Positions 1-14,400 of a stretch of DNA of 64,000 nt are shown here, in pieces. Positions within the stretch are counted from its first letter, which is position 1; every line of letters starts with the position of its first letter. The notes under the pieces are model-generated. The model made no database searches, was not told the origin of the DNA, and saw only the letters and a list, made by a program, of their open reading frames with translations. The stretch lies in assembly GCA_964247055.1 (NCBI GenBank), contig OZ176053.1:13392001-13456000 (forward strand), given 5' to 3'. Position numbers and translations under genes: made by a program. Source of the stretch: Paragordius varius. Its lineage: Eukaryota; Animalia; Nematomorpha.

Positions 1-723
1 TTCATATCCGATTTTTACAACGATACTTTAAAAATAATGTGTTAAACTAGTCACATCAATACTCAAGTTAAACTTTGTCCTTAAAAATCGGATATTGGTC
101 ACCGGTGAACAAAATTATTTTTTATACATTCTCTTAGTAAGACTACATCAAAATATAGAGATAGTTTGACAAACTCTTTCATATCCGATTTTTACAACAA
201 TACTTTAAAAATTAATGTATAAAACTAGTCGTATCAATAAATCGCATCAATACTCAAGTTAAACTTTGTCCTTAAAAATCGGATATTGGTCACCGGTGAA
301 CAAAATTATTTTTTATACATTCTCTCAGTAAGACTACATCAAAATATAGAGATAGTTTGACAAACTCTTTCATATCCTATTTTTACAACGATACTTTAAA
401 AATAATGTGTTAAACTAGTCGCATCAATACTCAAGTTAAACTTTGTCCTTAAAAATCGGATATTGGTCACCGGTGAACAAAATTATTTTTTATACATTCT
501 CTTAGTAGGACTACATCAAAATATAGAGATAGTTTGGCAAACTCTTTCATATCCGATTTTTACAACGATACTTTAAAAATTAATCTATTAAACTAGTCGC
601 ATCAATACTCAAGTTAAACTTTGTCCTTAAAAATCGGATATTGGTCACCGGTGAACAAAATAATTTTTTATACATTCTCTTAGCAAGACTACATCAAATA
701 ATAGAGATAGTTTGACAAACTCT

Positions 724-3700
724 TTCATATCCGATTTTTACAACGATACTTTTAAAATTAATGTATAAAACTAGTCGCATCAATACTCAAGTTAAACTTT
801 GTCCTTAAAAATCGGATATTGGTCACCGGTGAACAAAATTATTTTTTATACATTCTCTTAGTAAGACTACATCAAAATATAGAGATAGTTTGAGAAACTC
901 TTTCATATCCGATTTTTACAACGATACTTTAAAAATTAATGTATTAAACTAGTCGCATCAATACTCAAGTTAAACTTTGTCCTTAAAAATCGGATATTGG
1001 TCACCGGTGAACAAAATTATTTTTTATACATTCTCTTAGTAAGACTACATCAAAATATAGAGATAGTTTGACAAACTCTTTCATATCCGATTTTTACAAC
1101 GATACTTTAATAATTATGGTATCAAACCAGTCGCATCAATACTCAAGTTAAACTTTGTCCTTAAAAATCGGATATTGGTCACCGGTGAACAAAATTATTT
1201 TTTATACATTCTCTTAGTAGGACTACATCAAAATATAGAGATAGTTTGGCAAACTCTTTCATATCCGATTTTTACAACGATACTTTAAAAATTAATGTAT
1301 AAAACTAGTCGCATCAATACTATAGTTAAACTTTGTCCTTAAAAATCGGATATTGGTCACCGGTGAACAAAATAATTTTTGATACATTCTCTTAGTAAGA
1401 CTACATCAAAATATAGAGATAGTTTGACAAACTCTTTCATATCCAATTTTTACAACGATACTTTAAAAATTATGGTATTAAACCAGTCGCATCAATACTC
1501 AAGTTAAACTTTGTCCTTAAAAATCGGATATTGGTCACCGGTGAACAAAATAATTTTTTTACATTCTCTTAGTAAGACTACATCAAAATATAGAGATAGT
1601 TTGACAAACTCTTTCAAATCCGATTTTTACAACGATACTTTAAAAATTAATCTATTAAACTAGTCGCTTCAATACTCAAGTTAAACTTTGTCCTTAAAAA
1701 TCGGATATTGGTCACCGGTGAACAAAATAATTTTTTATACATTCTCTTAGCAAGACTACATCAAATAATAGAGATAGTTTGACAAACTCTTTCATATCCG
1801 ATTTTTACAACGATACTTTACAAATTAATGTATAAAACTAGTCGTATCAATAAGTCGCATCAATACTCAAGTTAAACTTTGTCCTTAAAAATCGGATATT
1901 GGTCACCGGTGAACAAAATAATTTTTTATATATTCTCTTAGTAAGACTACATCAAAATATAGAGATAGTTTGACAAACTCTTTCATATCCAATTTTTACA
2001 ACGATACTTTAAAAATTATGGTATTAAACCAGTCGCATCAATACTCAAGTTAAACTTTGTCCTTAAAAATCGGATATTGGTCACCGGTGAACAAAATTAT
2101 TTTTTATACATTCTCTTAGTAAGACTACATCAAAATATAGAGATAGTTTGAGAAACTCTTTCATATCCGATTTTTACAACGATACTTTAAAAATTAATGT
2201 ATTAAACTAGTCGCATCAATACTCAAGTTAAACTTTGTCCTTAAAAATCGGATATTGGTCACCGGTGAACAAAATTATTTTTTATACATTCTCTTAGTAA
2301 GACTACATCAAAATATAGAGATAGTTTGACAAACTCTTTCATATCCGATTTTTACAACGATACTTTAAAAATTAATGTATAAAACTAGTCGCATCAATAC
2401 TCAAGTTAAACTTTGTCCTTGAAAATCGGATATTGGTCACCGGTGAACAAAATTTTTTTTATACATTCTCTTAGTAGGACTACATATAAATATAGAGATA
2501 GTTTGGCAAACTCTTTCATATCCGATTTTTACAACAATACTTTAAAAATTAATGTATAAAACTAGTCGCATGATTACTCAAGTTAAACTTTGTCCTTAAT
2601 AATCGGATATTGGTCACCGGTGAACAAAATAATTTTTTATACATTCTCTTAGTAAGACTACATCAAAATATAGAGATAGTTTTGCAAACTCTTTCATATC
2701 CGATTTTTACAACGATACTTTAAAAATTAATGTATAAAACTAGTCGCATCAATACTCAAGTTAAACTTTGTCCTTGAAAATCGGATATTGGTCACCGGTG
2801 AACAAAATTTTTTTTATACATTCTCTTAGTAGGACTACATATAAATATAGAGATAGTTTGGCAAACTCTTTCATATCCGATTTTTACAACAATACTTTAA
2901 AAATTAATGTATAAAACTAGTCGCATGATTACTCAAGTTAAACTTTGTCCTTAAAAATCGGATATTGGTCACCGGTGAACAAAATAATTTTTTTACATTC
3001 TCTTAGTAAGACTACATCAAAATATAGAGATAGTTTGACAAACTCTTTCAAATCCGATTTTTACAACGATACTTTAAAAATTAATCTATTAAACTAGTCG
3101 CTTCAATACTCAAGTTAAACTTTGTCCTTAAAAATCGGATATTGGTCACCGGTGAACAAAATAATTTTTTATACATTCTCTTAGCAAGACTACATCAAAT
3201 AATAGAGATAGTTTGACAAACTCTTTCATATCCGATTTTTACAACGATACTTTACAAATTAATGTATAAAACTAGTCGTATCAATAAGTCGCATCAATAC
3301 TCAAGTTAAACTTTGTCCTTAAAAATCGGATATTGGTCACCGGTGAACAAAATAATTTTTTATACATTCTCTTAGCAAGACTACATCAAATAATAGAGAT
3401 AGTTTGACAAACTCTTTCATATCCGATTTTTACAACGATACTTTTAAAATTAATGTATAAAACTAGTCGCATCAATACTCAAGTTAAACTTTGTCCTTAA
3501 AAATCGGATATTGGTCACCGGTGAACAAAATTATTTTTTATACATTCTCTTAGTAAGACTACATCAAAATATAGAGATAGTTTGAGAAACTCTTTCATAT
3601 CCGATTTTTACAACGATACTTTAAAAATTAATGTATTAAACTAGTCGCATCAATACTCAAGTTAAACTTTGTCCTTAAAAATCGGATATTGGTCACCGGT

Positions 3701-4670
3701 GAACAAAATTATTTTTTATACATTCTCTTAGTAAGACTACATCAAAATATAGAGATAGTTTGACAAACTCTTTCATATCCGATTTTTACAACGATACTTT
3801 AATAATTATGGTATCAAACCAGTCGCATCAATACTCAAGTTAAACTTTGTCCTTAAAAATCGGATATTGGTCACCGGTGAACAAAATTATTTTTTATACA
3901 TTCTCTTAGTAGGACTACATCAAAATATAGAGATAGTTTGGCAAACTCTTTCATATCCGATTTTTACAACGATACTTTAAAAATTAATGTATAAAACTAG
4001 TCGCATCAATACTATAGTTAAACTTTGTCCTTAAAAATCGGATATTGGTCACCGGTGAACAAAATTTTTGATACATTCTCTTAGTAAGACTACATCAAAA
4101 TATAGAGATAGTTTGACAAACTCTTTCATATCCAATTTTTACAACGATACTTTAAAAATTATGGTATTAAACCAGTCGCATCAATACTCAAGTTAAACTT
4201 TGTCCTTAAAAATCGGATATTGGTCACCGGTGAACAAAATAATTTTTTTACATTCTCTTAGTAAGACTACATCAAAATATAGAGATAGTTTGACAAACTC
4301 TTTCAAATCCGATTTTTACAACGATACTTTAAAAATTAATCTATTAAACTAGTCGCTTCAATACTCAAGTTAAACTTTGTCCTTAAAAATCGGATATTGG
4401 TCACCGGTGAACAAAATAATTTTTTATACATTCTCTTAGCAAGACTACATCAAATAATAGAGATAGTTTGACAAACTCTTTCATATCCGATTTTTACAAC
4501 GATACTTTACAAATTAATGTATAAAACTAGTCGTATCAATAAGTCGCATCAATACTCAAGTTAAACTTTGTCCTTAAAAATCGGATATTGGTCACCGGTG
4601 AACAAAATAATTTTTTATATATTCTCTTAGTAAGACTACATCAAAATATAGAGATAGTTTGACAAACTCT
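724..4670 (+). repeat. Duplicated 7-monomer block (724-1981 and 3416-4670)
   Basis: Same ordered variants in both copies: gagaaa; gtattaa; taattatggtatcaaacc; ctatag; ccaatt; caaatcc/gcttc; 13-bp duplication. Offset ~2692. Confidence 0.85.
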
Positions 4671-7600
4671 TTCATATCCGATTTTTACAACGATACTCTA
4701 AAAATTATGGTATCAAACCAGTCGCATCAATACTCAAGTTAAACTTTGTCCTTAAAAATCGGATATTGGTCACCGGTGAACAAAATTTTTTTTATACATT
4801 CTCTTAGTAGGACTACATATAAATATAGAGATAGTTTGGCAAACTCTTTCATATCCGATTTTTACAACAATACTTTAAAAATTAATGTATAAAACTAGTC
4901 GCATGATTACTCAAGTTAAACTTTGTCCTTAATAATCGGATATTGGTCACCGGTGAACAAAATAATTTTTTATACATTCTCTTAGTAAGACTACATCAAA
5001 ATATAGAGATAGTTTTGCAAACTCTTTCATATCCGATTTTTACAACGATACTTTAAAAATTAATGTATAAAACTAGTCGCATCAATACTCAAGTTAAACT
5101 TTGTCCTTGAAAATCGGATATTGGTCACCGGTGAACAAAATTTTTTTTATACATTCTCTTAGTAGGACTACATATAAATATAGAGATAGTTTGGCAAACT
5201 CTTTCATATCCGATTTTTACAACAATACTTTAAAAATTAATGTATAAAACTAGTCGCATGATTACTCAAGTTAAACTTTGTCCTTAAAAATCGGATATTG
5301 GTCACCGGTGAACAAAATAATTTTTTATACATTCTCTTAGTAAGACTACATCAAAATATAGAGATAGTTTTGCAAACTCTTTCATATCCGATTTTTACAA
5401 CGATACTTTAAAAATTAATGTATAAAACTAGTCGCATCAATACTCAAGTTAAACTTTGTCCTTAAAAATCGGATATTGGTCACCGGTGAACAAAATTATT
5501 TTTTATACATTCTCTTAGTAAGACTACATCAAAATATAGAGATAGTTTGAGAAACTCTTTCATATCCGATTTTTACAACGATACTTTAAAAATTAATGTA
5601 TTAAACTAGTCGCATCAATACTCAAGTTAAACTTTGTCCTTAAAAATCGGATATTGGTCACCGGTGAACAAAATTATTTTTTATACATTCTCTTAGTAAG
5701 ACTACATCAAAATATAGAGATAGTTTGACAAACTCTTTCATATCCGATTTTTACAACGATACTTTAAAAATTAATGTATTAAACTAGTCGCATCAATACT
5801 CAAGTTAAACTTTGTCCTTAAAAATCGGATATTGGTCACCGGTGAACAAAATTATTTTTTATACATTCTCTTAGTAAGACTACATCAAAATATAGAGATA
5901 GTTTGACAAACTCTTTAATATCTGATTTTTACAACGATACTTTAAATATTAATGTATAATTTAGCATACGACAATATTCAATTTAAACTTTGTCCTTAAA
6001 AATCGGATATTGGTGACCGGTGAACGAAACTATTTTCTATACATTCTCTTAGAAGGACTACATTAAAATATAGAGATATTTTGACAAAGTCTTTCATATC
6101 CGATTTTTACAACGTTACTTTAAAAATTAATGTATAAAACTAGTCGCATCAATACTCAACCTAAACTTTGTCCTTAAAAATGGGATATTGGTCACCGGTG
6201 AACAAAACTATTTTTTATACATTCTCTTAGTAAGACTACATCAAAATATAGAGATAATTTGACAAACTCTTTAATATCTGATTTTTAGAGCGTAAACTTT
6301 AAAAATAAATGTATAATTTACATACGACAATAAGCAAGTTAAACTTTGTCCTTAAAAATCGGATATTAGTCGCCGGTAAAGAAAATAATTTTTTATACAT
6401 TCTCTTAGTAGTACTACATCAAAATATAGAGATAGTTTGACAAACTCTTTAATATCTGATTTTTAGAGCGATACTTTAAAAATAAATGTATAATTTAGCA
6501 TACGACAATAAGCAAGTTAAACTTTGTCCTTAAAAATCGGATATTGGTCTCGGGTGAACAAAATTATTTTTTATACATTCTCTTATTAAGACTACATCAA
6601 AATATAGAGATAGTTCAAACTCTTTCATATCCGATTTTTACAACGATACTTTAAAAATTAATGTATAAAACTAGTCGCATCAATACTCAAGCTAAACTTT
6701 GTCCTTAAAAATGGGATATTGGTCACCGGTGAACAAAATTATTTTTTATACATTCTCTTATTAAGACTACATCAAAATATAGAGATAGTTTGACAAACTC
6801 TTTCATATCCGATTTTTACAACGATACTTTAAAAATTAATGTATAAAACTAGTCGCATCAATACTCAAGTTAAACTTTGTCCTTAAAAATCGGATATTGG
6901 TCACCGGTGAACAAAATTTTTTTATACATTCTCTTAGTAGGACTACATATAAATATAGAGATAGTTTAGCAAACTCTTTCATATCCGATTTTTACAACGA
7001 TACTTTAAAAATTAATGTATAAAACTAGTCGCATCAATACTCAAGTTAAACTTTGTCCTTAAAAATCGGATATTGGTCACCGGTGAACAAAATTTTTTTT
7101 ATACATTCTCTTAGTAGGACTACATATAAATATAGAGATAGTTTGGCAAACTCTTTCATATCCGATTTTTACAACGATACTTTAAAAATTATGGTATAAC
7201 CAGTCGCATCAATACTCAAGTTAAACTTTGTCCTTAAAAATCGGATATTGGTCACCGGTGAACAAAATTATTTTTTATACATTCTCTTAGTAAGACTACA
7301 TCAAAATATAGAGATATTTTGACAAACTCTTTCATATCCGATTTTTACAACGATACTTTAAAAATTAATGTGTTATACTAGTCGCATTAATACTCAAGTT
7401 AAACTTTGTCCTTAAAAATCGGATATTGGTCACCGGTGAACAAAATAATTTTTTTACATTCTCTTAGTAAGACTACATCAAAATATAGAGATAGTTTGAC
7501 AAACTCTTTCATATCCGATTTTTACAACAATACTTTAAAAATTAATGTATAAAACTAGTCGGATCAATAAATCGCATCAATACTCAAGTTAAACTTTGTC

Positions 7601-10600
7601 CTTAAAAATCGGATATTGGTCACCGGTGAACAAAATTTTTTTTATACATTCTCTTAGTAGGACTACATATAAATATAGAGATAGTTTGGCAAACTCTTTC
7701 ATATCCGATTTGTACAACGATACTTTAAAAATTAATGTATAAAACTAGTCGCATCAATACTATAGTTAAACTTTGTCCTTAAAAAACGGATATTGGTCAC
7801 CGGTGAACAAAATAATTTTTGATACATTCTCTTAGTAAGACTACATCAAAATATAGAGATAGTTTGACAAACTCTTTCATATCCAATTTTTACAACGATA
7901 CTTTAAAAATTATGGTATTAAACCAGTCGCATCAATACTCAAGTTAAACTTTGTCCTTAAAAATCGGATATTGGTCACCGGTGAACAAAATAATTTTTTT
8001 ACATTCTCTTAGTAAGACTACATCAAAATATAGAGATAGTTTGACAAACTCTTTCAAATCCGATTTTTACAACGAAACTTTAAAAATTAATCTATTAAAC
8101 TAGTCGCATCAATACTCAAGTTAAACTTTGTCCTTAAAAATCGGATATTGGTCACCGGTGAACAAAATAATTTTTTATACATTCTCTTAGCAAGACTACA
8201 TCAAATAATAGAGATAGTTTGACAAACTCTTTCATATCCGATTTTTACAACGATACTTTACAAATTAATGTATAAAACTAGTCGTATCAATAAGTCGCAT
8301 CAATACTCAAGTTAAACTTTGTCCTTAAAAATCGGATATTGGTCACCGGTGAACAAAATAATTTTTTATATATTCTCTTAGTAAGACTACATCAAAATAT
8401 AGAGATAGTTTGACAAACTCTTTCATATCCGATTTTTACAACGATACTTTAAAAATTATGGTATCAAACAAGTCGCATCAATACTCAAGTTAAACTTTGT
8501 CCTTAAAAATCGGATATTGGTCACCGGTGAACAAAATTTTTTTTATACATTCTCTTAGTAGGACTACATATAAATATAGAGATAGTTTGGCAAACTCTTT
8601 CATATCCGATTTTTACAACAATACTTTAAAAATTAATGTATAAAACTAGTCGCATGATTACTCAAGTTAAACTTTGTCCTTAATAATCGGATATTGGTCA
8701 CCGGTGAACAAAATAATTTTTTATACATTCTCTTAGTAAGACTACATCAAAATATAGAGATAGTTTTGCAAACTCTTTCATATCCGATTTTTACAACGAT
8801 ACTTTAAAAATTAATGTATAAAACTAGTCGCATCAATACTCAAGTTAAACTTTGTCCTTAAAAATCGGATATTGGTCACCGGTGAACAAAATTTTTTTTA
8901 TACATTCTCTTAGTAGGACTACATATAAATATAGAGATAGTTTGGCAAACTCTTTCATATCCGATTTTTACAACAATGCTTTAAAAATTAATGTATAAAA
9001 CTAGTCGCATGATTACTCAAGTTAAACTTTGTCCTTAAAAATCGGATATTGGTCACCGGTGAACAAAATAATTTTTTATACATTCTCTTAGTAAGACTAC
9101 ATCAAAATATAGAGATAGTTTTGCAAACTCTTTCATATCCGATTTTTACAACGATACTTTAAAAATTAATGTATAAAACTAGTCGCATCAATACTCAAGT
9201 TAAACTTTGTCCTTAAAAATCGGATATTGGTCACCGGTGAACAAAATTATTTTTTATACATTCTCTTAGTAAGACTACATCAAAATATAGAGATAGTTTG
9301 AGAAACTCTTTCATATCCGATTTTTACAACGATACTTTAAAAATTAATGTATTAAACTAGTCGCATCAATACTCAAGTTAAACTTTGTCCTTAAAAATCG
9401 GATATTGGTCACCGGTGAACAAAATTATTTTTTATACATTCTCTTAGTAAGACTACATCAAAATATAGAGATAGTTTGACAAACTCTTTCATATCCGATT
9501 TTTACAACGATACTTTAAAAATTAATGTATTAAACTAGTCGCATCAATACTCAAGTTAAACTTTGTCCTTAAAAATCGGATATTGGTCACCGGTGAACAA
9601 AATTATTTTTTATACATTCTCTTAGTAAGACTACATCAAAATATAGAGATAGTTTGACAAACTCTTTAATATCTGATTTTTACAACGATACTTTAAAAAT
9701 TAATGTATAATTTAGCATACGACAATATTCAATTTAAACTTTGTCCTTAAAAATCGGATATTGGTGACCGGTGAACGAAACTATTTTCTATACATTCTCT
9801 TAGAAGGACTACATTAAAATATAGAGATAGTTTGACAAAGTCTTTCATATCCGATTTTTACAACGTTACTTTAAAAATTAATGTATAAAACTAGTCGCAT
9901 CAATACTCAACCTAAACTTTGTCCTTAAAAATGGGATATTGGTCACCGGTGAACAAAACTATTTTTTATACATTCTCTTAGTAAGACTACATCAAAATAT
10001 AGAGATAATTTGACAAACTCTTTAATATCTGATTTTTAGAGCGATACTTTAAAAATTAATGTATAATTTAGCATACGACAATAAGCAAGTTAAACTTTGT
10101 CCTTAAAAATCGGATATTAGTCGCCGGTAAAGAAAATAATTTTTTATACATTCTCTTAGTAGTACTACATCAAAATATAGAGATAGTTTGACAAACTCTT
10201 TAATATCTGATTTTTAGAGTGATACTTTAAAAATAAATGTATAATTTAGCATACGACAATAAGCAAGTTAAACTTTGTCCTTAAAAATCGGATATTGGTC
10301 TCCCGTGAACAAAACTATTTTTTATACATTCTCTTAGTAAGACTACATCAAAATATAGAGATAGTGTGACAAACTCTTTCATATCCGATTTTTGCAACGA
10401 TACTTTTAAAATTAATGTATAAAACTAATCGCATCAATACTCAAGTTAAACTTTGTCCTTAAAAATCGGATATTGGTCACCGGTGAACAAAATTATTTTT
10501 TATACATTCTCTTATTAAGACTACATCAAAATATAGAGATAGTTCAAACTCTTTCATATCCGATTTTTACAACGATACTTTAAAAATTAATGTATAAAAC

Positions 10601-11440
10601 TAGTCGCATCAATACTCAAGCTAAACTTTGTCCTTAAAAATGGGATATTGGTCACCGGTGAACAAAATTATTTTTTATACATTCTCTTATTAAGACTACA
10701 TCAAAATATAGAGATAGTTTGACAAACTCTTTCATATCCGATTTTTACAACGATACTTTAAAAATTAATGTATAAAACTAGTCGCATCAATACTCAAGTT
10801 AAACTTTGTCCTTAAAAATCGGATATTGGTCACCGGTGAACAAAAATTTTTTTATACATTCTCTTAGTAGGACTACATATAAATATAGAGATAGTTTGGC
10901 AAACTCTTTCATATCCGATTTTTACAACGATACTTTAAAAATTAATGTATAAAACTAGTCGCATCAATACTTTAAGTTAAACTTTGTCCTTAAAAATCGG
11001 ATATTGGTCACCGGTGAACAAAATTTTTTTTATACATTCTCTTAGTAGGACTACATATAAATATAGAAATAGTTTGGCAAACTCTTTCATATCCGATTTT
11101 TACAACGATACTTTAAAAATTATGGTATAACCAGTCGCATCAATACTCAAGTTAAACTTTGTCCTTAAAAATCGGATATTGGTCACCGGTGAACAAAATT
11201 ATTTTTTATACATTCTCTTAAGACTACATCAAAATATAGAGATATTTTGACAAACTCTTTCAATCCGATTTTTACAACGATACTTTAAAAATTAATGTGT
11301 TAAACTAGTCGCATTAATACTCAAGTTAAACTTTGTCCTTAAAAATCGGATATTGGTCACCGGTGAACAAAATTATTTTTTATACATTCTCTTAGTAAGA
11401 CTACATCAAAATATAGAGATATTTTGACAAACTCTTTCAT
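3950..11440 (+). repeat. Tandem ~21-monomer higher-order duplication, period ~3.75 kb
   Basis: The B cassette marker ctctttaatatctg...caatattcaattt lies at 5911 and 9662 (offset 3751); actatagtt at 4011 and 7759. Confidence 0.85.
5381..5558 (+). repeat. Representative monomer with internal dyad symmetries
   Basis: 14-bp inverted repeat atatccgattttta (5384-5397) / taaaaatcggatat (5463-5476); 11-bp inverted repeat aatgtataaaa (5417-5427) / ttttatacatt (5501-5511); quasi-palindrome ttggtcaccggtgaacaa (5476-5493); aagttaaactt (5446-5456); agtttgacaaact in the consensus (C>G at 5551 in this copy). Confidence 0.95.
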
Positions 11441-14400
11441 ATCCGATTTTTACAACGATACTTTAAAAATTAATGTATTAAACTAGTCGCATCAATACTC
11501 AAGTTAAACTTTGTCCTTAAAAATCGGATATTGGTCACCGGTGAACAAAATTATTTTATATACATTCTCTTAGCAAGACTACATCAAAATATAGAGATAG
11601 TTTGAGCAACTCTTTCATATCCGATTTTCACAACGATACTTTATAAATTAATGTATAAAACTAGTCGTATCAATAAGTCGCATCAATACTCAAGTTAAAC
11701 TTTGTCCTTAAAAATCGGATATTGGTCACCGGTGAACAAAATTATTTTTTATACATTCTCTTAGTAGGACTACATCAAAATATAGAGATAGTTTGGCAAA
11801 CTTCATATCCGATTTTTACAACGATACTTTAAAAATTAATGTATAAAACTAGTCGTATCAATAAATCGCATCAACACTCAAGTTAAACTTTGTCCTTAAA
11901 AATCGGATATTGGTCACCGGTGAACAAAATGATTTTTTATACATTCTCTTAGTAGGACTACATCAAAATATAGAGATAGTTTGGCAAACTCTTTCATATC
12001 TGATTTTTACAACGATACTTTAAAAATTAATGTGTTAAACTAGTCGCATCAATACTCAAGTTAAACTTTGTCCTTAAAAATCGGATATTGGTCACCGGTG
12101 AACAAAATTATTTTTTATACATTCTCTTAGTAGGACTACATCAAAATATAGAGATAGTTTGGCAAACTCTTTCATATCCGATTTTTACAACGATACTTTA
12201 AAAATTAATGTATAAAACTAGTCGCATCAATACTAAAGTTAAACTTTGTCCTTAAAAATCGGATATTGGTCACCGGTGAACAAAATAATTTTTGATACAT
12301 TCTCTTTATAAGACTACATCAAAATATAGAGATAGTTTGACAAATTCTTTCATATCCGATTTTTACAACGATACTTTAAAAATTATGGTATTAAACCAGT
12401 CGCATCAATACTCAAGTTAAACTTTGTCCTTAAAAATCGGATATTGGTCACCGGTGAACAAAATAATTTTTTTACATTCTCTTAGTAAGACTACATCAAA
12501 ATATAGAGATAGTTTGACAAACTCTTTCATATCCGATTTTTACAACGATACTTTAAAAATTAATCTATTAAACTAGTCGCATCAATACTCAAGTTAAACT
12601 TTGTCCTTAAAAATCGGATATTGGTCACCGGTGAACAAAATAATTTTTTATACATTCTCTTAGCAAGACTACATCAAATAATAGAGATAGTTTGACAAAC
12701 TCTTTCATATCCGATTTTTACAACGATACTTTATAAATAAATGTATAAAACTAGTCGTATCAATAAGTCGCATCAATACTCAAGTTAAACTTTGTCCTTA
12801 AAAATCGGATATTGGTCACCGGTGAACAAAATAATTTTTTATATATTCTCTTAGTAAGACTACATCAAAATATAGAGATAGTTTGACAAACTCTTTCATA
12901 TCCGATTTTTACAACGATACTTTAAAAATTAATCTATTAAACTAGTCGCATCAATACTCAAGTTAAACTTTGTCCTTAAAAATCGGATATTGGTCACCGG
13001 TGAACAAAATAATTTTTTATACATTCTCTTAGCAAGACTACATCAAATAATAGAGATAGTTTGACAAACTGTTTCATATCCGATTTTTACAACAATACAT
13101 TAAAAATTTATGTATAAAACTAGTCGCATGATTACTCAAGTTAAACTTTGTCCTTAATAATCGGATATTGGTCACCGGTGAACAAAATAATTTTTTATAC
13201 ATTCTCTTAGTAAGAATCAAAATATAGAGATAGTTTTGCAAACTCTTTCATATCCGATTTTTACAACGATACTTTAAAAATTAATGTATAAAACTAGTCG
13301 CATCAATACTCAAGTTAAACTTTGTCCTTAAAAATCGGATATTGGTCACCGGTGAACAAAATTTTTTTTATACATTCTCTTAGTAGGACTACATATAAAT
13401 ATAGAGATAGTTTGGCAAACTCTTTCATATCCGATTTTTACAACAATACTTTAAAAATTAATGTATAAAACTAGTCGCATGATTACTCAAGTTAAACTTT
13501 GTCCTTAAAAATCGGATATTGGTCACCGGTGAACAAAATAATTTTTTATACATTCTCTTAGTAAGACTACATCAAAATATAGAGATAGTTTTGCAAACTC
13601 TTTCATATCCGATTTTTACAACGATACTTTAAAAATTAATGAATAAAACTAGTCGCATCAATACTCAAGTTAAACTTTGTCCTTAAAAATCAGATATTGG
13701 TCACCGGTGAACAAAATTATTTTTTATACATTCTCTTAGTAAGACTACATCAAAATATAGAGATAGTTTGACAAACTCTTTCATATCCGATTTTTACAAC
13801 GATACTTTAAAAATTAATTTATTAAACTAGTCGCATCAATACTCAAGTTAAACTTTGTCCTTAAAAATCGGATATTGGTCACAGGTGAACAAAATTATTT
13901 TTTATACATTCTCTTAGTAAGACTACATCAAAATATAGAGATAGTTTGACAAACTCTTTAATATCTGATTTTTACAACGATACTTTAAAAATTAATGTAT
14001 AATTTAGCATACGACAATATTCAATTTAAACTTTGTCCTTAAAATCGGATATTGGTGACCGGTGAACGAAACTATTTTCTATACATTCTCTTAGAAGGAC
14101 TACATTAAAATATAGAGATAGTTTGACAAAGTCTTTCATATCCGATTTTTACAACGTTACTTTAAAAATTAATGTATAAAACTAGTCGCATCAATACTCA
14201 ACCTAAACTTTGTCCTTAAAAATGGGATATTGGTCACCGGTGAACAAAACTATTTTTTATACATTCTCTTAGTAAGACTACATCAAAATATAGAGATAGT
14301 TTGACAAACTCTTTAATATCTGATTTTTAGAGCGATACTTTAAAAATTAATGTATAATTTATCATACGACAATAAGCAAGTTAAACTTTGTCCTTAAAAA

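Larger units (their letters stand above)
1..13950 (+). repeat. Proximal A-type satellite domain containing two embedded B-type cassettes (~5911-6620 and ~9662-10550)
   Basis: Dominated by the A consensus with variants tagcaagac, taggac, gtttggcaaa, tatggtat and the 13-bp duplication. The boundary is gradual and approximate. Confidence 0.75.

Noticed and set aside
5384-5476. Annotating the 14-bp inverted repeats as an actual mobile element, promoter or terminator
   Set aside because: No transposase, no target-site duplication in A-type monomers, and no adjacent gene. Kept only as an origin hypothesis in the findings.
5381-5558. CENP-B box
   Set aside because: No TTCG-N4-A-N2-CGGG pattern in the consensus on either strand.
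5381-5558. Phased A-tracts causing intrinsic curvature
   Set aside because: A/T tracts are present, but their spacing by eye is not a consistent ~10.5-bp period; a curvature calculation would be needed.
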